A stretch of DNA of 64,000 nt, taken from the NCBI GenBank assembly GCA_964035545.1, contig OZ037773.1:10011751-10075750 (forward strand). Reading direction: 5' to 3'. This DNA is from Bugula neritina. Lineage: Eukaryota > Animalia > Bryozoa. Shown in pieces: positions 60,668-64,000 of this stretch. The notes below the pieces were generated by a model that ran no database searches, was not told the origin of the DNA, and saw only the letters and a list, made by a program, of their open reading frames with translations. Numbering within the stretch: the first letter of the stretch is position 1; each line of letters starts with the position of its first letter. The translations under genes and the position numbers were made by a program.

Positions 60668-61195
60668 TTATGCCTTGTACAGTATATAGCAGTGGCACTT
60701 GCCATTTTAATGTATTGAAACTTGGCACCGTTCTCTATACCATTAAACAGTTTTTCTTGCAGTTTCGCATTGCTTTTGTATATTTCCGAATAAGTTTCTT
60801 TTTATTTATGACAGCTAAAAGTTTATGAAATGTCAGATTACTTGAAGAGCATTACCCGAATGTTTCCAGTGTGTATATACAATTTTGTACAATATATAGC
60901 ATATTAAATATTATTTTTATACGTCGTAAATATGAAAGTATAACTATTATTGTATTTTTATCACTCTTATTTCAACTCGTTTTTATAAAACATGCAGTTG
61001 AAAAGCCTTAATTTTGAAAATAATTGCTTTAAACTTGTTAAATATCATGCATTAAATAAAAATTTAGTAAAATTTCATTAAGGTGCTATAAAAATCTAAT
61101 ATTTCAACAACAACAAAGCAAATATGTTATATTTTTAACTTACCCATTGCACTCAAAGCAAGCATGACAAATAAAAATAAAGAAATGATCTTCAT
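60668..61195 (-). pseudogene. Probable decayed defensin-like gene (or a short basic secreted peptide)
   Basis: Intact TATA (about 61565-61571), UTR exon (donor about 61484) and signal exon 61195-61144 MKIISLFLFVMLALSAM with phase-1 GTAAGT. Exon from 60814 reads AVINKKKLIRKYTKAMRNCKKNCLMV*; shifted frames continue GIENGAKF and NGKCHCYILYKA*. Confidence 0.55.
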
Positions 61196-63577
61196 GGTTG
61201 ATCTGGTTCTTCTACTATTACACACAGCAAATTTCTTTGTTTGAAATATTCTGTAAAACATAATAAAAATCTATTCCCATATAAGTTATTTTGCGCTGAG
61301 TTCCTAGATATTTATATGCATTTGATTATTGTTTTCATTTTTTTTGAAAAGTAATAGCAATCAGAAGATGTTAGAATTTTTTCATAACTATTTTAATCAC
61401 CTAACTATAAGCTGGTTGGTATTTTTGAACCAAGTAAGATGGTTAAAAATGTGACATTGAGTGAAAATATGTGTCATTTCTTACCTGCTTTGTATTTAGC
61501 AACTGTTATAGTTGACGTACCCAGCTGCATGTAGTGGATATAAACCTTTGAAACTATTCGCTGCTTATATACCTGTTTTTGAATCGAGGTGACCCAAGTA
61601 GCTTTAAGTTAATTGGCTAACAATGGTCATGGTGTCAGGAAATGGTTATTAATATAACACATTGTCCTATAACTTTTCACTCAGATTGCTTCATTCAAAA
61701 GGATTTGAAACAAATGAATTGTAATAGCCAAATGTATATTACATACACTTATATAGGTACAGTTCATATAATCTTTTATTGTAGAAATATACTGTGTCCA
61801 GGGGTTTTATAGTAGTAAATCATCCATCTCAAAAATAATTGGAGTCAAAAAAGGTTTGCTTTTCTAGTACCTACGTTCAGAAAATAATTATTCTTTAAAT
61901 AATATTTGATATCATAAAATAAAGAAATCCAACTTAAATTGTAAGATAAATATAAATTGTAAGATAAATATATAGGTATATAAATAGATATAATTTATAG
62001 GATATTCACTGCAAGTCATCTATTGCTTATCTTTGATGATATATGGTAAATGCCCTCATAAAGCATCATTAAAGTAACACAGTAGTGTGAGGCAATGTAC
62101 GCAAAGCTTTTTAATTTTATATTATATTCCAGTCATCCTAGCTTCCAACTCTATAGCATATGTCAAAATAATGTCAATCTTATATTGCTAGATGGAAATG
62201 GAAAACTGTGTAATAATATGGGCATGTTATATAAGATGAACAATGATCTTATAGGAAACATGATGACGAATGTGCAGCTGTGTGAAGTACTTTGACTATC
62301 ACAGAGATGTCTTTATAATTTAAACAACCCACTGTGAGGGGTCAAGGAGGGTTTCATTACTATATATCTAAGTCATCTCTGTCAATGAATTTGTAATTGG
62401 AATCATTTCAATATATTGTTAATGTAATTCAAGCTAAATTCATGAATAATGTTTTGCTTACCAGATTCATGCTATATATGTGGGTGAATGTTATATATTC
62501 TTTAGCGGTTAGAAAAACATTAAAAAGCTGGTTTTATATATTATCAAAATGAAGATAGCCAAATTCAAAAGCAATTGATGTATAAGTGTGTTTTCTTTTT
62601 GCAGCCAAATTAAAGCATGATTTACTGTATAGTTTAATGTAGATCTAAATTTTCATTACATATTAGACTGCTCTAATATTAATTTGATTACTACTTCTTG
62701 AAATCTCTATTTGTTTTAGTTCAGCATTTGTCAAAGCTGTGTGCGTATTTTAAAAGCAATACATTGAAGGTAATAGCTTTCTATTGATTTCCTTGGAATG
62801 AATTCAAAATTCAATCAAATAAAAAGTCAACTTTCTAGATATTTGTAGGTATAAAGTAGAAAAGCAGTCGCAGGGTGTATGTTAGAGATGAGATAAAGAT
62901 ATTATCCAGTGCAGAAATGATTAGTTGCTGAGAGAAGTAAAATCTGCTCAAAACATGGATTATATAAATATATGAGCTGAGTATTGGGAAAAATGAAGTA
63001 CATATAACAGGAGTTTCGAAATGATAGCATCAAAGCTGATGGTTACTTTAATTGTAATTTGCAATAATTAAGTTGAAGATAACTAATTAATATTCTCAAT
63101 GTGAAAAACCTTCTGATCCTTATAATAACGTGAAGAGACACGCAGAAATATAATAAACCCAAAGAGATGCCAACTTTGCAATAGCATGGAAATAGAGTTT
63201 AGTTTAAATTAAAAATAACAATAAAAATATAATATTGGTAGCTTTTACGACTAAATTTTATTGAATTAAGAACCTCAACTCCATAACAAGTATTTCAGGT
63301 TAAAAGCAGTTTGAAAGTTTATCAAAATTCTTCACATCATACCAGAGCCAGTGGTTGGCCGACTTAAAGCTAAAGAGAGGTATAGTAGATAATTCTAATC
63401 ACTCATTAAGCATTGCAGTGAGTATGTCTAAAGTGACTATATAGTATGTTGAAGTACGAAGCATGCTGAGCCCAGGCATACTTTCTCTATGTAATTTATA
63501 AAGCTCAAAGAAGTTGACAACTCCACAAATGTCTAGCTGGCTGTATATTACATTATATATTATGAAACTTTACATAG

Positions 63578-63765
63578 AAACTACTAACTAGCAACTTTCA
63601 ACTAGCAACTATAGCAATTATAGCAACTAGCAACTGTCATATATGTAGCAACTATAGCATCTGTAAGCTATAATAGCAACTTGTATAACTATATATAGAA
63701 ACTGTCAAATAGCAACTGTCAACTATAGCAACTATCAATTTAATAGCAACTGTCAAATAGCAAAC
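63578..63765. repeat. Degenerate TAGCAACT satellite
   Basis: About 10 tagcaa(c/t) cores. Confidence 0.75.
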
Positions 63766-63929
63766 ATATGTATAGTCAATTGCTTTCTTATATATAATAG
63801 TATAGCTACAGTGTCAACAGTTTGTAGCAAAAGTTGCTCAAATATTTCACTAGATCATCAAAAAAGGGAAAATAAAATAATACATTTTAGCGAACATTAT
63901 TAGGCAAGAATTTTTAACTAAAGTATATC

Positions 63930-63968
63930 ATGGCCACTGCAGATAAGCACCGTCATAAGTTTCAAGCA
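63930..63968 (+). CDS. Possible first coding exon of a gene continuing beyond the window
   Basis: ATCATGG context, MATADKHRHKFQA followed by GTAAGT; too short to identify. Confidence 0.3.
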
Positions 63969-64000
63969 GTAAGTAAGTTAGAGCTCCTAAAGCACTCAGT

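Overview
AT-rich, intron-containing animal (invertebrate, probably lophotrochozoan; inference) genomic DNA in two parts. Bases 1-30 kb hold three conserved multi-exon genes: an RFX7/RFX5-class transcription factor (minus), TEX9 (plus, head-to-head with RFX7 as in human 15q21) and an LRRC74-like LRR/EF-hand gene (plus). Their introns carry many minisatellites, often tandem copies of the splice junction itself. Bases 31-61.5 kb hold a cluster of eight small TATA-driven secreted-protein genes, mostly missed by the ORF track because their signal peptides sit on tiny phase-1 exons. These are: a double chitin-binding (peritrophin-A) mucin with a C-terminal PAN/apple-like domain; a stand-alone paralog of that domain; a 41% Asp CS-alpha/beta defensin-fold peptide; a conventional defensin with a C-terminal propeptide; an inverted pair of Tyr/His/Thr/Gln hexapeptide-repeat proteins; a TSP1 plus His-rich protein sharing their leader exons; and a decayed defensin. 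The cluster is a candidate adhesive, cuticle or biomineral secretion locus. All gene models were spliced by hand from GT-AG sites and frame continuity, without transcript data.
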